Positions 1-8,126 of a stretch of 35,360 nt of DNA are shown one piece after another. Every line of letters starts with the position of its first letter. Within the stretch, counting starts at the first letter, position 1. Made by a program: the position numbers and the translations under genes. Where the stretch lies: IMG/VR virus record IMGVR_UViG_3300017909_004016, positions 1-35,360 of that record; one strand, given 5' to 3'. Origin of the DNA: a virus. Taxonomy: Duplodnaviria > Caudoviricetes. Under the pieces are notes generated by a model. It was given only the letters and a program-made list of their open reading frames with translations, had not been told where the DNA came from and did not search any database.

Positions 1-141
1 GATCAGATACAAGATTACATCAGCTTGAAACATTTTTTGATAGCAGCGGTGAGCGTACAGATACAAACTACTATAACACTTCAGTTTCATGCTATTCAGT
101 AGATTAAGAGGCAATTGTGACATATTTGAGAAGAAAAAAGA
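1..141. repeat. Terminal direct repeat (copy 1), identical to 35220-35360; marks a circular contig
   Basis: Bases 1-141 (gatcagatac...agaaaaaaga) match 35220-35360 exactly. The repeat cuts through coding sequence, and 141 is a common maximum assembly k-mer. Confidence 0.95.
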
Positions 142-569
142 TTCAAGGTTTGGAGACGTCCTTTACAGCTAATACTGCTTCTCAAGCAGTAAGTACTACT
201 GTTTTAGATGTATCCAATTCTGAGATAACATTTACACCGCCTGCGGGTAATTTTGAATATGTTGTTTTTGAATATACTGTGCAGTATGCAAATGATCCCG
301 ATAACAACAATAATATAAATTATGAGTTGCAAGAAAAAATCGGGGCGGGTTCATATGCTCCTCTCGGCAGTGGTTATAGAGTACAGGAAATAACGAGAAC
401 TGTACAATATCAAGCAACGCTTACCGGGCGTTTTATGATTCCAATTTTTTCAGGATCGAGAACTTATAAATTAACGGTTCGAACAAGTACAACCGCCCGA
501 GAAGTAACACTTAATAGAACTGATGAACCTCAAACCTATTCACCAATTTATCAAATGTATTGCATCTAA
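117..569 (+). CDS. Putative tail-fibre-associated / receptor-binding small protein (third 'MTY' paralog)
   Basis: GTG start with AAGAGG RBS. It follows 34814-35326 across the circular junction and shares the MTY start, the I(T/D)(F/Y)xP...YVV(F/Y)x(Y/F) core and a C-terminal aromatic motif with the two upstream ORFs. Confidence 0.6.
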   Translation: MTYLRRKKIQGLETSFTANTASQAVSTTVLDVSNSEITFTPPAGNFEYVVFEYTVQYANDPDNNNNINYELQEKIGAGSYAPLGSGYRVQEITRTVQYQATLTGRFMIPIFSGSRTYKLTVRTSTTAREVTLNRTDEPQTYSPIYQMYCI

Positions 570-577
570 GGTTTTTT

Positions 578-925
578 ATGATTCCATTTAATTTTAATAT
601 TGATTTTAAATCTCTCGCCTCGGTGCTCAACGGCCCCATCGGGTATGCCGTTTTATTAGTGATATATACTCTACTCATGATTTTTTTGGGGTACTCCTTA
701 GTAGATTATGATAAAGCTGCAATTTGCAGTAATGAGTTGATTACAATTGAGAGCCAAACAAGCTTGATTAATGAATTAGAGGCCGAATTGAGCTCATGTA
801 TTTCAAAGGGTGAAACCGATTGCATTGAGCGAGAGCAACGCATTTGCCGGCAAGAGAAAGAGGATATTAAGAAAAACTGCAATCTCTTGCTCAAGCAAAT
901 AGAAAAAGGGTTAAAGAATGATTAG
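578..925 (+). CDS. Membrane protein with coiled coil and several Cys; i-spanin-like candidate
   Basis: ATG at 578 with TAAGG RBS, preferred over TTG at 560. One N-terminal TM helix (GYAVLLVIYTLLMIFLGYSLV) is followed by a helical Cys-containing region. The function is inferred. Confidence 0.4.
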   Translation: MIPFNFNIDFKSLASVLNGPIGYAVLLVIYTLLMIFLGYSLVDYDKAAICSNELITIESQTSLINELEAELSSCISKGETDCIEREQRICRQEKEDIKKNCNLLLKQIEKGLKND

Positions 926-1343
926 CCTATTTGTTTTACCCTTAGTTTTTTTAACCGCCCCTCTCACATTAGATGATGGCCATCAAATTAAAGCCCCTCT
1001 TATTCAGGGCGGGCAAGTGAGCCCTGATACCGGGTTTCTTGTTTCAATCGGTGATATTGCTGATATACAAGCAACTCTTAACGGCAACTCATCTTTAGTA
1101 AGAATTGCTGAAATTAAAGATCGATTCGAGCAAGAGCAACGGCGATCAAGTGAGAGATGTAATGAGCGATTGAAAAACCTCATCAGTAAATTAGATGAGA
1201 GTGCATTGTTAAATGAAAGATTAAAGAGTAAGCTAGAAAAAGAGCAAGTTTTTTCAAAACGGCTGATTTATGGGGCAACTATAACCGGCTTTGTGCTTTC
1301 AGGTCTTTCTATTTATCTATATGCAAAAGGGGGCTCTCAATGA
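918..1343 (+). CDS. Exported/membrane coiled-coil protein; spanin-like candidate
   Basis: Hydrophobic N-terminal signal-like segment, central coiled coil and C-terminal TM (LIYGATITGFVLSGLSIYLY). Overlaps both neighbours. Confidence 0.4.
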   Translation: MISLFVLPLVFLTAPLTLDDGHQIKAPLIQGGQVSPDTGFLVSIGDIADIQATLNGNSSLVRIAEIKDRFEQEQRRSSERCNERLKNLISKLDESALLNERLKSKLEKEQVFSKRLIYGATITGFVLSGLSIYLYAKGGSQ

Positions 1344-1573
1344 GTGATATGATTTCAATTTCAGCAATCGCAAGCTTATTCGGCGTTGTTGGTGTAATCT
1401 TCACTATCATGAAAGAGAGGGCTCAACATGAAAGAGAGATGGGGCGTATTGAAGCCGAAACGGCGGCTTTAAAGGATCGGCTTGATAGACTTGATCAAAG
1501 ATCAAATAGAATTGATGAAAAGCTTGAGCAAATTATTGAAACCTTAGGCGAGCTCAAAGCAACGCTAAGATAA
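1340..1573 (+). CDS. Small single-TM coiled-coil protein (holin/XhlA-like architecture)
   Basis: ATGA overlap with the upstream gene. N-terminal TM followed by heptad repeats (LKDRLDRLDQRSNRIDEKLEQI). Confidence 0.45.
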   Translation: MSDMISISAIASLFGVVGVIFTIMKERAQHEREMGRIEAETAALKDRLDRLDQRSNRIDEKLEQIIETLGELKATLR

Positions 1574-1592
1574 TACGAAAAGGAAGAAAACT

Positions 1593-3593
1593 ATGAAAAT
1601 GAATGCCGAGGCGTTGGCCCTCGTTGCATTTGCCGCTCAGTATTCTCATGAGACTGAGAGCGGGCGAGAAACCCCAACTCAGGCAATGCAACGGGTAAAA
1701 AATATGCACCTCCAATTTTTTAAAGAAGAAGTGCACAATCATATAAATGAAGCGTTTGAGGATGTATTTGCAAAGCGTGTTTATCCATCACAACGCTCAA
1801 CTCAATTCGGCGGCAAAGCAATCTTAGATCGCAATATGCGTATTTATAACTGTACCGCCTCATATTGCGATCGGCCCCGCTTTTTTGCTGAATACCTTTG
1901 GTTGCTTTTGTGCGGTTGCGGTTGCGGGGTGAGCGTACAAAAGAGGCACGTCAATCAATTACCTGATCTCATCTCAAAAGAGGCTCAATCATCTCGCCCG
2001 GGGCGAGAGCATAAAATTATTGATTCTATTGAGGGTTGGTCGGATGCTGTACTTGATCTGATGAACTCTTACTTACCGCAATTTAAGGGCGATTCTGATG
2101 AAGAGGTTTTGTTTGATTATTCATTGATTCGGCCCCTTGGCTCTCCAATTTCAAGCGGGGGTAAAGCCCCGGGGCCCGAGCCCCTAAGAGTTGCCATTGA
2201 AGCGGTAAGGGATGTTTTAAAAAATGCGGTTTATTTAGATCAACTCAAGCTCAGGCCGATTGATTGTTTTGATATCTGTGCTCATTTATCAAAGGCGGTT
2301 TTGAGCGGGGGGGTACGCCGCTCAGCATCGATCATGCTTTTTGATAAAGATGATCATGAAATGCTAACCGCAAAAACTGATGATTGGTTTAGTAATTATC
2401 CAAACCGAGAAACCGCAAATATATCAGCGGTTATGCTTGGCAAGCCGAATCAAGCTGAGGTTTCATCAATGCTCGATTGGGCTCGAGCTTGGGGCGAGCC
2501 CGGGCAATATTGGATTGATTCACCTGAAATCATGACCAACCCCTGCGCCGAAATTGGTTTATTTCCTCAACTGCAGTTTGATGGAGAATCAGGGCGTTAT
2601 AGAGATTATATTTTACCTCATCAAATGAACTCAGTTGCGAATATCAGCGGTTGGCAGGCTTGTAATTTAACCGAGATCAATGTTGCTCAATGTAAATCCG
2701 TTGGCGAGTTTATCAGGGCTTGCCGCTCGGCGGCGATCCTTGGCACTCTTCAATCAATGTACACTCAAGAGGGGTATTTACTCTCAGTGAGTAGAATGAT
2801 TTTAGAGCGAGAGAGGTTGCTAGGTGTATCTCTTACCGGCATTTATAGTAATCCCTCAATTGCTCTTGATCCTGATGTATTAGAGCATGGTGTAAGAGTA
2901 ATCAGGCAAACGAATATTGAAGTTGCCAAGATGTTGAATATTGATTTTGCATCTCGGCTCACTTGTATCAAGCCAAGCGGCAATACTTCAACGGTTGCCG
3001 GTACATCGCCGGGGGCTCACCCTTGGCACGCTTATCAATATATTAGAACGATTAGACTGAGTTTGATGAATCCGGTTTATAAGTATTTATGCGAAAAAGT
3101 GCCGGATGCTTGCACTCAACTCAATCAAGATACCGGCTTGGTTTCATTTGCTGTACAAGCCCCGCCGGGCTCGATTGTAAGGGCTGATTTAGATGCCGTA
3201 TCTCATTTAGATGATATTGCTCTTTTACAACGGCATTGGGTTGGCCCCGGCTCATCCGATGGCTATAATAAAACCCCGGCGGTATCTCACTCAGTATCAT
3301 GTACTGTTACCGTACAGCCTGATGAATGGCAAAGTATTGCGGCTTGGCTCACTCAACACATGAATGAGAATGAAGGGCCTCAACGAATCAAAGGCGTTTC
3401 ATTCCTCTCATACTTTGGAGATCATTTATATGAGAATGCCCCGTATCAAACTGTACATGATGATTCTCTTGAGCGATTTAGAATGATTGCCGATTTAGAG
3501 ATTGATGAAGATGAGTTGTTTAAAATTGTTGGGTACTCACCTGATCGAGCAAAAGAAGCAGCTTGCTCAGGCGGGGCCTGTTTATTAGAGTAA
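1593..3593 (+). CDS. nrdJ: Ribonucleotide reductase, probably class II (adenosylcobalamin-dependent, monomeric type)
   Basis: RNR motifs YNCT, GCGCGVS, GGVRRSA, TNPCAEI, CNLTEIN, TCIKPSGNTS and a C-terminal CSGGAC redox pair. No beta-subunit gene is present in the genome. Confidence 0.88.
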   Translation: MKMNAEALALVAFAAQYSHETESGRETPTQAMQRVKNMHLQFFKEEVHNHINEAFEDVFAKRVYPSQRSTQFGGKAILDRNMRIYNCTASYCDRPRFFAEYLWLLLCGCGCGVSVQKRHVNQLPDLISKEAQSSRPGREHKIIDSIEGWSDAVLDLMNSYLPQFKGDSDEEVLFDYSLIRPLGSPISSGGKAPGPEPLRVAIEAVRDVLKNAVYLDQLKLRPIDCFDICAHLSKAVLSGGVRRSASIMLFDKDDHEMLTAKTDDWFSNYPNRETANISAVMLGKPNQAEVSSMLDWARAWGEPGQYWIDSPEIMTNPCAEIGLFPQLQFDGESGRYRDYILPHQMNSVANISGWQACNLTEINVAQCKSVGEFIRACRSAAILGTLQSMYTQEGYLLSVSRMILERERLLGVSLTGIYSNPSIALDPDVLEHGVRVIRQTNIEVAKMLNIDFASRLTCIKPSGNTSTVAGTSPGAHPWHAYQYIRTIRLSLMNPVYKYLCEKVPDACTQLNQDTGLVSFAVQAPPGSIVRADLDAVSHLDDIALLQRHWVGPGSSDGYNKTPAVSHSVSCTVTVQPDEWQSIAAWLTQHMNENEGPQRIKGVSFLSYFGDHLYENAPYQTVHDDSLERFRMIADLEIDEDELFKIVGYSPDRAKEAACSGGACLLE

Positions 3594-4277
3594 TTCTTTC
3601 AACTCTCTCTCTATTTGATCCGGCTTCATTCCCATCTCTTGCAGAGATCGAGTGAATATATACTTGAGGAACTCTTCGTTTGTTTTTGATTCATGTTTAG
3701 AGGGCCCTTTAATTCCATGTTTATCAAGCCAATACTTAACCGAGTAATACGAAAAAGGCCGCCCGGTACGGGGGCTAAGAATGCCCTCTTGCTCGCAAAT
3801 ACTCACAATTTTAGCAACACTATATTTTAATTTAGCAAGCTCTCTCGCTCTTTCAATGAGTTGAGTTGGCGGGTTTTTAGCATTTGCCAATTTAGGATTT
3901 ACTTTAATATTATATTCATAAAGCCAATACCTAACCGAGTAATGTGAAAAAGGCCGCCCGGTACGGGGGCTAAGAATGCCCTCTTGCTCGCAAATACTCA
4001 CAATTTTAGGCAAATTGTAATTTAATTTAGCGAGCTCTTTTACTCTCTCAATGAGTTGAGTTGGCTCTTTCATTTTTCTTCGTTTGTTTTTGATTTTAAT
4101 ATTATATTTATCAAGCCAATACCTGACTGATCCTTTTGAAAAGGGCCGCCCGGTACGGGGGCTAAGAATGCCCTCTTGCTCGCAAATGCTCACAATTTCA
4201 GGCAAGCTATAATTTGATTTAACCAACTCTTTTACTCTCTCAATGAGTTGAGTTGGCTCTTTCATAATATTAGCCAT
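3585..4277 (-). CDS. DNA-binding protein with three tandem recombinase-domain-like HTH repeats
   Basis: Three ~64-aa units PTQLIER.KEL....Y....IVSICEQEGILSPRTGRPFSxxSV(R/K)YWL. They resemble the 'S...IA..LN.EGI.T.RG..W....V..IL' DNA-binding domain of large serine recombinases. No catalytic domain. Confidence 0.65.
   Translation of the reverse strand: MANIMKEPTQLIERVKELVKSNYSLPEIVSICEQEGILSPRTGRPFSKGSVRYWLDKYNIKIKNKRRKMKEPTQLIERVKELAKLNYNLPKIVSICEQEGILSPRTGRPFSHYSVRYWLYEYNIKVNPKLANAKNPPTQLIERARELAKLKYSVAKIVSICEQEGILSPRTGRPFSYYSVKYWLDKHGIKGPSKHESKTNEEFLKYIFTRSLQEMGMKPDQIERELKELL
3710..4265. repeat. Three tandem ~192-195 bp intragenic repeats
   Basis: The 44-bp block ggccgcccggtacgggggctaagaatgccctcttgctcgcaaat is identical at 3757, 3952 and 4144. 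Confidence 0.95.
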
Positions 4278-5467
4278 TATTTTTTTGAAATGATGGTTTT
4301 AATATATCGAGCCATTGATTGATACTCACCCCAATGATTGGCAACAAGAATCAGTTTTCTCAATTCATCTCGCTCGGTTTCATCAATTTGATCATAATGA
4401 GTATTAAAGAGTTTAATTAGCTCAACTCGCCAAGGCATCGCCTGAGTTTTAACATAAGCGGCAAGGGCCTCTTTATAATCATCATCAATAATCTCAAGCG
4501 AGCAATGTTGATAAAACTCAGAAAACTCTTCAACAAGCGGGCGGGTATCTTCATCTCTAAAATTATTGATTGCCTGAGGATCTTCAAAATTAAAGCCTCG
4601 GGTTGCGAGGGGCCCGATTGAATAAAGATAATGTTGCCGCTCGATCATTTGAGAGGCGTTAAAGCCCTTTGCCTCAAGATTGCGTAAAACTTCCTTAGGG
4701 TTGCCGCCAAACTCTTCAACAAATGTTTGCCAACCCTCAAGCGTTTGAGTTTGCCGCCCGGCGGGGTTTGGCTCGGGCGGTGCCGCCGGTACATTTACAA
4801 CGGCATGAGGAGGGCGAGAGGGTTGAGAGGGGCGAGGTGATTGAGGAGGGCGAGAGGATCGCCGGGCCGGTTTTTCACCATTGGCCATCATGGTTACATT
4901 ATAGATTTCCTCATCATCATCTAACATCATCTCGGCAAGCTCATCGGGTGAATTTGCGGTGCCAATGATCTCAGGAAATACATTGCGACAAATAGCAGTA
5001 AGAGCTCGCTTACCACACATGACAAGCGGCATTTGTTGCCAAGTTGTGCGTTTAGCAACATCTCGCAAGATCGCATCTTTCATGGTATAAACCCATTCAT
5101 GTACCGGCGGTTGCAATCCATACTCTTTCGCAATCTCAAGCTCATCGGTACGCATTGCAACATATCGAATACCAACTTGCTCAGGGTTGTTTTTCCAATC
5201 GGTTTGCCCGGGGTTAATGACCTCGCATTTCAAAACGGCACAAAGCTTTTTTCCTGATGTTGGGTCAACCCAAGCTCGCACAATACCGCTCATTGCATCG
5301 GCATTTAAAGCGGGCTTACCCTTTAGACAATAGGTTTGAGCAATGCACGCCAATGGATTATAATTGAAGAGATGGCCAAATGTTAAAAAGCATTTGATGT
5401 TATTATCATAATCATGTTGGCTTGTTGAGTTTTGCCGGATAATTTCTTTTTGTTGATCAGTAATCAT
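4277..5467 (-). CDS. recT: RecT-like single-strand annealing protein with Pro-rich linker and C-terminal extension
   Basis: Motifs NPLACIAQTYCLKGKPALNADAM and TWQQMPLVMCGKRALTAICRNVFPEIIG...DEL are typical of the RecT/Red-beta-like superfamily. TATGGAGAAT RBS. Confidence 0.7.
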   Translation of the reverse strand: MITDQQKEIIRQNSTSQHDYDNNIKCFLTFGHLFNYNPLACIAQTYCLKGKPALNADAMSGIVRAWVDPTSGKKLCAVLKCEVINPGQTDWKNNPEQVGIRYVAMRTDELEIAKEYGLQPPVHEWVYTMKDAILRDVAKRTTWQQMPLVMCGKRALTAICRNVFPEIIGTANSPDELAEMMLDDDEEIYNVTMMANGEKPARRSSRPPQSPRPSQPSRPPHAVVNVPAAPPEPNPAGRQTQTLEGWQTFVEEFGGNPKEVLRNLEAKGFNASQMIERQHYLYSIGPLATRGFNFEDPQAINNFRDEDTRPLVEEFSEFYQHCSLEIIDDDYKEALAAYVKTQAMPWRVELIKLFNTHYDQIDETERDELRKLILVANHWGEYQSMARYIKTIISKK

Positions 5468-5492
5468 TTTAATTCTCCATAAAGTAAATGAT

Positions 5493-5774
5493 TTAAAGTG
5501 AGTGATTCAAGAGTTTAGAGTTAATATAATCCTCCTCAGAGATTGTAAGAAGGCGAGAAAAATCGAGTACAACTTGCTTTAAAAGGCCGCCGCTTGTTTT
5601 AGAGAATTTTGAGACTAGTTGTTGCTCAAAATTGAGATGATAAAAACCATAGGCATCAATGAGCTCAATGAGCTGATCAACTGATTCAATCTCTTGATCT
5701 TCAACCAAGGGCTCAAAATCTTCATAATTGATTTGCAAGCTTACACACACAGATAAATCAGTAAAATTAATCAT
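5493..5774 (-). CDS. Hypothetical protein (93 aa)
   Basis: ATG at 5774 overlaps the end of the upstream gene in the leftward operon. The longer 5861 start would overlap that gene extensively. Confidence 0.6.
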   Translation of the reverse strand: MINFTDLSVCVSLQINYEDFEPLVEDQEIESVDQLIELIDAYGFYHLNFEQQLVSKFSKTSGGLLKQVVLDFSRLLTISEEDYINSKLLNHSL

Positions 5775-5922
5775 TAGTTTGCTCAACTTTTGCTTGAGGG
5801 CCATCAATTGGGGCCGTTGGATCGCAATTTGAATCAGCCCAAGCCCACGCATAAAGGGCAATCAGTAAGCCGATAATTTGAGGAATTGAAGCTTTAATAT
5901 CTTCTCTTGCATAATAATCCAT
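5767..5922 (-). CDS. Small single-TM protein (51 aa)
   Basis: AAGGAG RBS precedes ATG at 5922. Hydrophobic segment IPQIIGLLIALYAWAWA. Confidence 0.65.
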   Translation of the reverse strand: MDYYAREDIKASIPQIIGLLIALYAWAWADSNCDPTAPIDGPQAKVEQTND

Positions 5923-5926
5923 TTGT

Positions 5927-6142
5927 TTACTCCTTTTTGAATTGATCAGCATTGTATTCAATGCCGGTTAATTTAGTTGCAGCCTCGGCAATTGCCTCGG
6001 CGGTTGTTGGTTTGGCGTTTCGATTGCCATTCACAATGCGAGAGAGCCCCGAGATTGTAATACCCGCCTCATTAGCAAGATGGGTAAAAGTATAACGGTT
6101 TGCTCTTAAATCTCGTTTTAGTTGTTCTCTGAGAGTTTTCAT
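5927..6142 (-). CDS. XRE/Cro-family helix-turn-helix regulator
   Basis: YTFTHLANEAGITISGLSRIVNGNRNAK is a typical XRE HTH. It is the first gene of the leftward operon. Confidence 0.85.
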   Translation of the reverse strand: MKTLREQLKRDLRANRYTFTHLANEAGITISGLSRIVNGNRNAKPTTAEAIAEAATKLTGIEYNADQFKKE

Positions 6143-6198
6143 TTAAATCTCAATCTCTCCATAATTTGAATGAATTGATAAAAACATATCTTAAATTA

Positions 6199-6221
6199 TT
6201 TGTCAAGAAATAATTGACAAA
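6199..6221. promoter_or_regulatory. Inverted repeat of back-to-back TTGACA boxes between divergent operons (promoters/operator)
   Basis: TTTGTCAA-GAAATAA-TTGACAAA lies in the AT-rich gap between the HTH gene and the initiator gene. The -10 matches are weak. Confidence 0.6.
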
Positions 6222-6268
6222 AAGATTAAAATAAAATAATTTGAGTTTATTAACTATGGAGAATCAAC

Positions 6269-6808
6269 ATGATTGATACATTGAAATTAATCAGATCAGT
6301 GATGAACTCAGATTTAAAACCGCCTGAGAAAATCACATTGATCGCCTGTATATATAAAGTAAGTTGGCAAAATTGGCGGGCTGATTACCCAATCTCAATC
6401 CAAAGCCTTTGCGATGAATCAGGATTGAGCCGGGCAACTCTTAAGCGAGCTCTAAAATCACTAGAGCAAAAGCAGCTCATTGAGCGGCTCGGTACATCTT
6501 ACCGGGGGGCAACCGGGGCAAGTACACTCTTTGTAAATGCAAATGAAATTATGAAGCAAAATCAGGGGGCTCAATTTGAACCGGGGGGGGCTCAAGATGA
6601 ACCGGGGGCGGTTCAAGATGAACCGGGGGGGGCTCAAGATGAGCCGCAAATCTATCCAAGTTACTCTACACCAATATACTCTAATGAGGGGGGCTCGATC
6701 TGTACCCCTGAATCTAAACCTAAATCAATCTCTCTTGAGGATCATGTAAGAAGAGCTCAAATTGAGCATGAGAGATGGATTAAGCAAAAAAGGAGAATCA
6801 CATTATGA
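6269..6808 (+). CDS. Phage replication initiator (lambda O-like; N-terminal winged HTH, internal iterons)
   Basis: wHTH motif YPISIQSLCDESGLSRATLKRALKSLEQKQLIER, internal 21-bp repeats, and position directly upstream of a DnaC-like ATPase. Confidence 0.8.
   Translation: MIDTLKLIRSVMNSDLKPPEKITLIACIYKVSWQNWRADYPISIQSLCDESGLSRATLKRALKSLEQKQLIERLGTSYRGATGASTLFVNANEIMKQNQGAQFEPGGAQDEPGAVQDEPGGAQDEPQIYPSYSTPIYSNEGGSICTPESKPKSISLEDHVRRAQIEHERWIKQKRRITL
6565..6648. repeat. Four 21-bp palindromic iterons, putative replication origin
   Basis: GGGGGCTCAAGATGAACCGGG-type units at 6565, 6586, 6607 and 6628, each containing the dyad GG(C/T)TCA-nnn-TGA(A/G)CC. A degenerate fifth copy lies at ~6689-6708. 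Confidence 0.85.
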
Positions 6809-7752
6809 ATAATTTAAAAGAGGCTTTAAAACCTATTGAAGATATGCTTAAGCAATTGAGAGAGAATTGCCCCCCCTCAATGCCAATTGAAAAACCTCAA
6901 TCAATCAATGCCGGTGATCTTGAAGATTTTGGTTTGATCTCTCAAAGTGTTGTTGCCGGGCAACCGCAGCTTAATGTACATTTTCTTGATGCTTGCGAGT
7001 ATAACGGCTGTACCCCGAGTGATTCAGGTATGCATTCAGTTTCATATATTGATGAGCATATTGATTTCATTCAACCAATGGTAAGAGATGATCGGGGCAA
7101 ATGGATTCGCAAGATTGATGAGAATAAAGAGCCCGTTTTTGAGCAAATCATTCGGCGTTATTCAACTGCCAAAAAATGCCCGTATTGCGGGGCGGTTAAT
7201 GACAAGCTGCTAAAATTGAAAAACTCAGGTATTGGGGCCGATTGCGTTGATAAGCATTTTGCTAATTATGAGTTTGAATCAGATTTACTCAAAGCAAAAG
7301 TTGAGCAATTTATTGCCGGTGATTTACGGGGCGGCATATTATGGGGCCAACCCGGTAACGGTAAAACTCATCTACTCTCAGCAATTGCAAGAGAGTTGGT
7401 CTTTCAGGGCAAATCTGTTCGTTATGTATCTCATCAGCATTTACTTGAAACAATCAAACGCTCTTTTGATGGCAATGAGATTGATCCTCGGTTGAGATGG
7501 CTAGATAGTAAGAGTTATATTTTATTTGATGAGCTCGGTTTTTGCCCCCGTACCGATTGGGCCCGGCAAACAACTAATGAGCTCATTCATGCCGCTCATG
7601 CCGCCGGCGTTAAAATTTTATTTGCATCTAATCTCTCACCTCAACAACTCAAAAGTAAATTGCTCGATATGAGAACATCAAGCCGAATGGGCGAGATTGT
7701 TGGCCAATTTGTATACAATATGAGGGGGGCTGATCGCCGGGGCGGTTTTTAA
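6805..7752 (+). CDS. dnaC: DnaC/IstB-like helicase loader ATPase
   Basis: Walker A GQPGNGKT, Walker B ILFDELG, ASNL sensor, upstream CPYC, C-terminal GADRR. ATGA-coupled to the initiator. Confidence 0.85.
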   Translation: MNNLKEALKPIEDMLKQLRENCPPSMPIEKPQSINAGDLEDFGLISQSVVAGQPQLNVHFLDACEYNGCTPSDSGMHSVSYIDEHIDFIQPMVRDDRGKWIRKIDENKEPVFEQIIRRYSTAKKCPYCGAVNDKLLKLKNSGIGADCVDKHFANYEFESDLLKAKVEQFIAGDLRGGILWGQPGNGKTHLLSAIARELVFQGKSVRYVSHQHLLETIKRSFDGNEIDPRLRWLDSKSYILFDELGFCPRTDWARQTTNELIHAAHAAGVKILFASNLSPQQLKSKLLDMRTSSRMGEIVGQFVYNMRGADRRGGF

Positions 7753-7775
7753 AAGAATATATTTTTGATTTATGG

Positions 7776-7784
7776 TGTTATTAT
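7776..7784 (+). promoter_or_regulatory. Extended -10 promoter element for candidate sRNA
   Basis: TG-T-TATTAT matches TGnTATAAT with one mismatch. The predicted start is at ~7790-7791. Confidence 0.5.
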
Positions 7785-7789
7785 AAAAG

Positions 7790-7866
7790 TGCCGATTCTC
7801 CTTTTGTTGGCATTCTCCATAAAGGCAAGGCCCGCCCATTTGCGAAAATCGGCGGGTTTTGTTTAT
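7790..7866 (+). ncRNA. Candidate small RNA carrying two anti-RBS seeds
   Basis: The 5' hairpin TGCCGA/TTGGCA exposes TTCTCCTTTT, a second seed reads ATTCTCCATAAAG, and a terminator follows. The seeds are complementary to early-gene RBSs. Confidence 0.55.
7827..7866 (+). terminator. Intrinsic terminator
   Basis: CCCGCC-C-ATTT-(GCGA tetraloop)-AAAT-C-GGCGGG followed by TTTTGTTTAT. Confidence 0.85.
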
Positions 7867-8126
7867 TTATCAAGCTTTGCTCTTACCTCAGCAATCCTCA
7901 TCCTTTCTTCATTCACAATCTCCCATATTTTAACCCGCCCCTCTCGGCAGTTGGTTTCAATGCCCTCAATGTTGCTCTCAAGTTTGGTAAGCCGTTGGCA
8001 AATTGATTCAAGCTTATCAATCCGAGATCGAATTGCGGCAAGTTGATTCGCCATATACCAAACGAAAGAAAGAACCGTTGTTAAGAGTGTAATTAACTCA
8101 AAAATAATCTCACTTGTTAATTGCAT
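7863..8126 (-). CDS. Small single-TM coiled-coil protein, isolated on the minus strand
   Basis: GAGG RBS and ATG start. TM segment IIFELITLLTTVLSFVWYMA followed by heptads. Confidence 0.7.
   Translation of the reverse strand: MQLTSEIIFELITLLTTVLSFVWYMANQLAAIRSRIDKLESICQRLTKLESNIEGIETNCREGRVKIWEIVNEERMRIAEVRAKLDK

Noticed and set aside
1-141. 141-bp terminal repeat as the physical DTR of the virion DNA
   Set aside because: Its length equals a common assembler k-mer and it falls mid-gene. It shows circularity, not real termini.
3585-4277. Serine integrase / invertase
   Set aside because: Only DNA-binding-like repeats are present, with no catalytic YxRxS domain.
6565-6648. CRISPR array
   Set aside because: The repeats are contiguous with no spacers, in frame within a gene, and no cas genes are present.
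7770-7820. Tiny minus-strand ORFs (MENANKRRIGTFIITP, MPTKGESALL) explaining the GGAG motifs as RBSs
   Set aside because: Neither GGAG has a start codon at usable spacing, and the hairpin and terminator features favour the + strand.
7765-8046. 93-aa + strand ORF
   Set aside because: TTG start without RBS, runs through a strong terminator, and is antisense to a better-supported gene.
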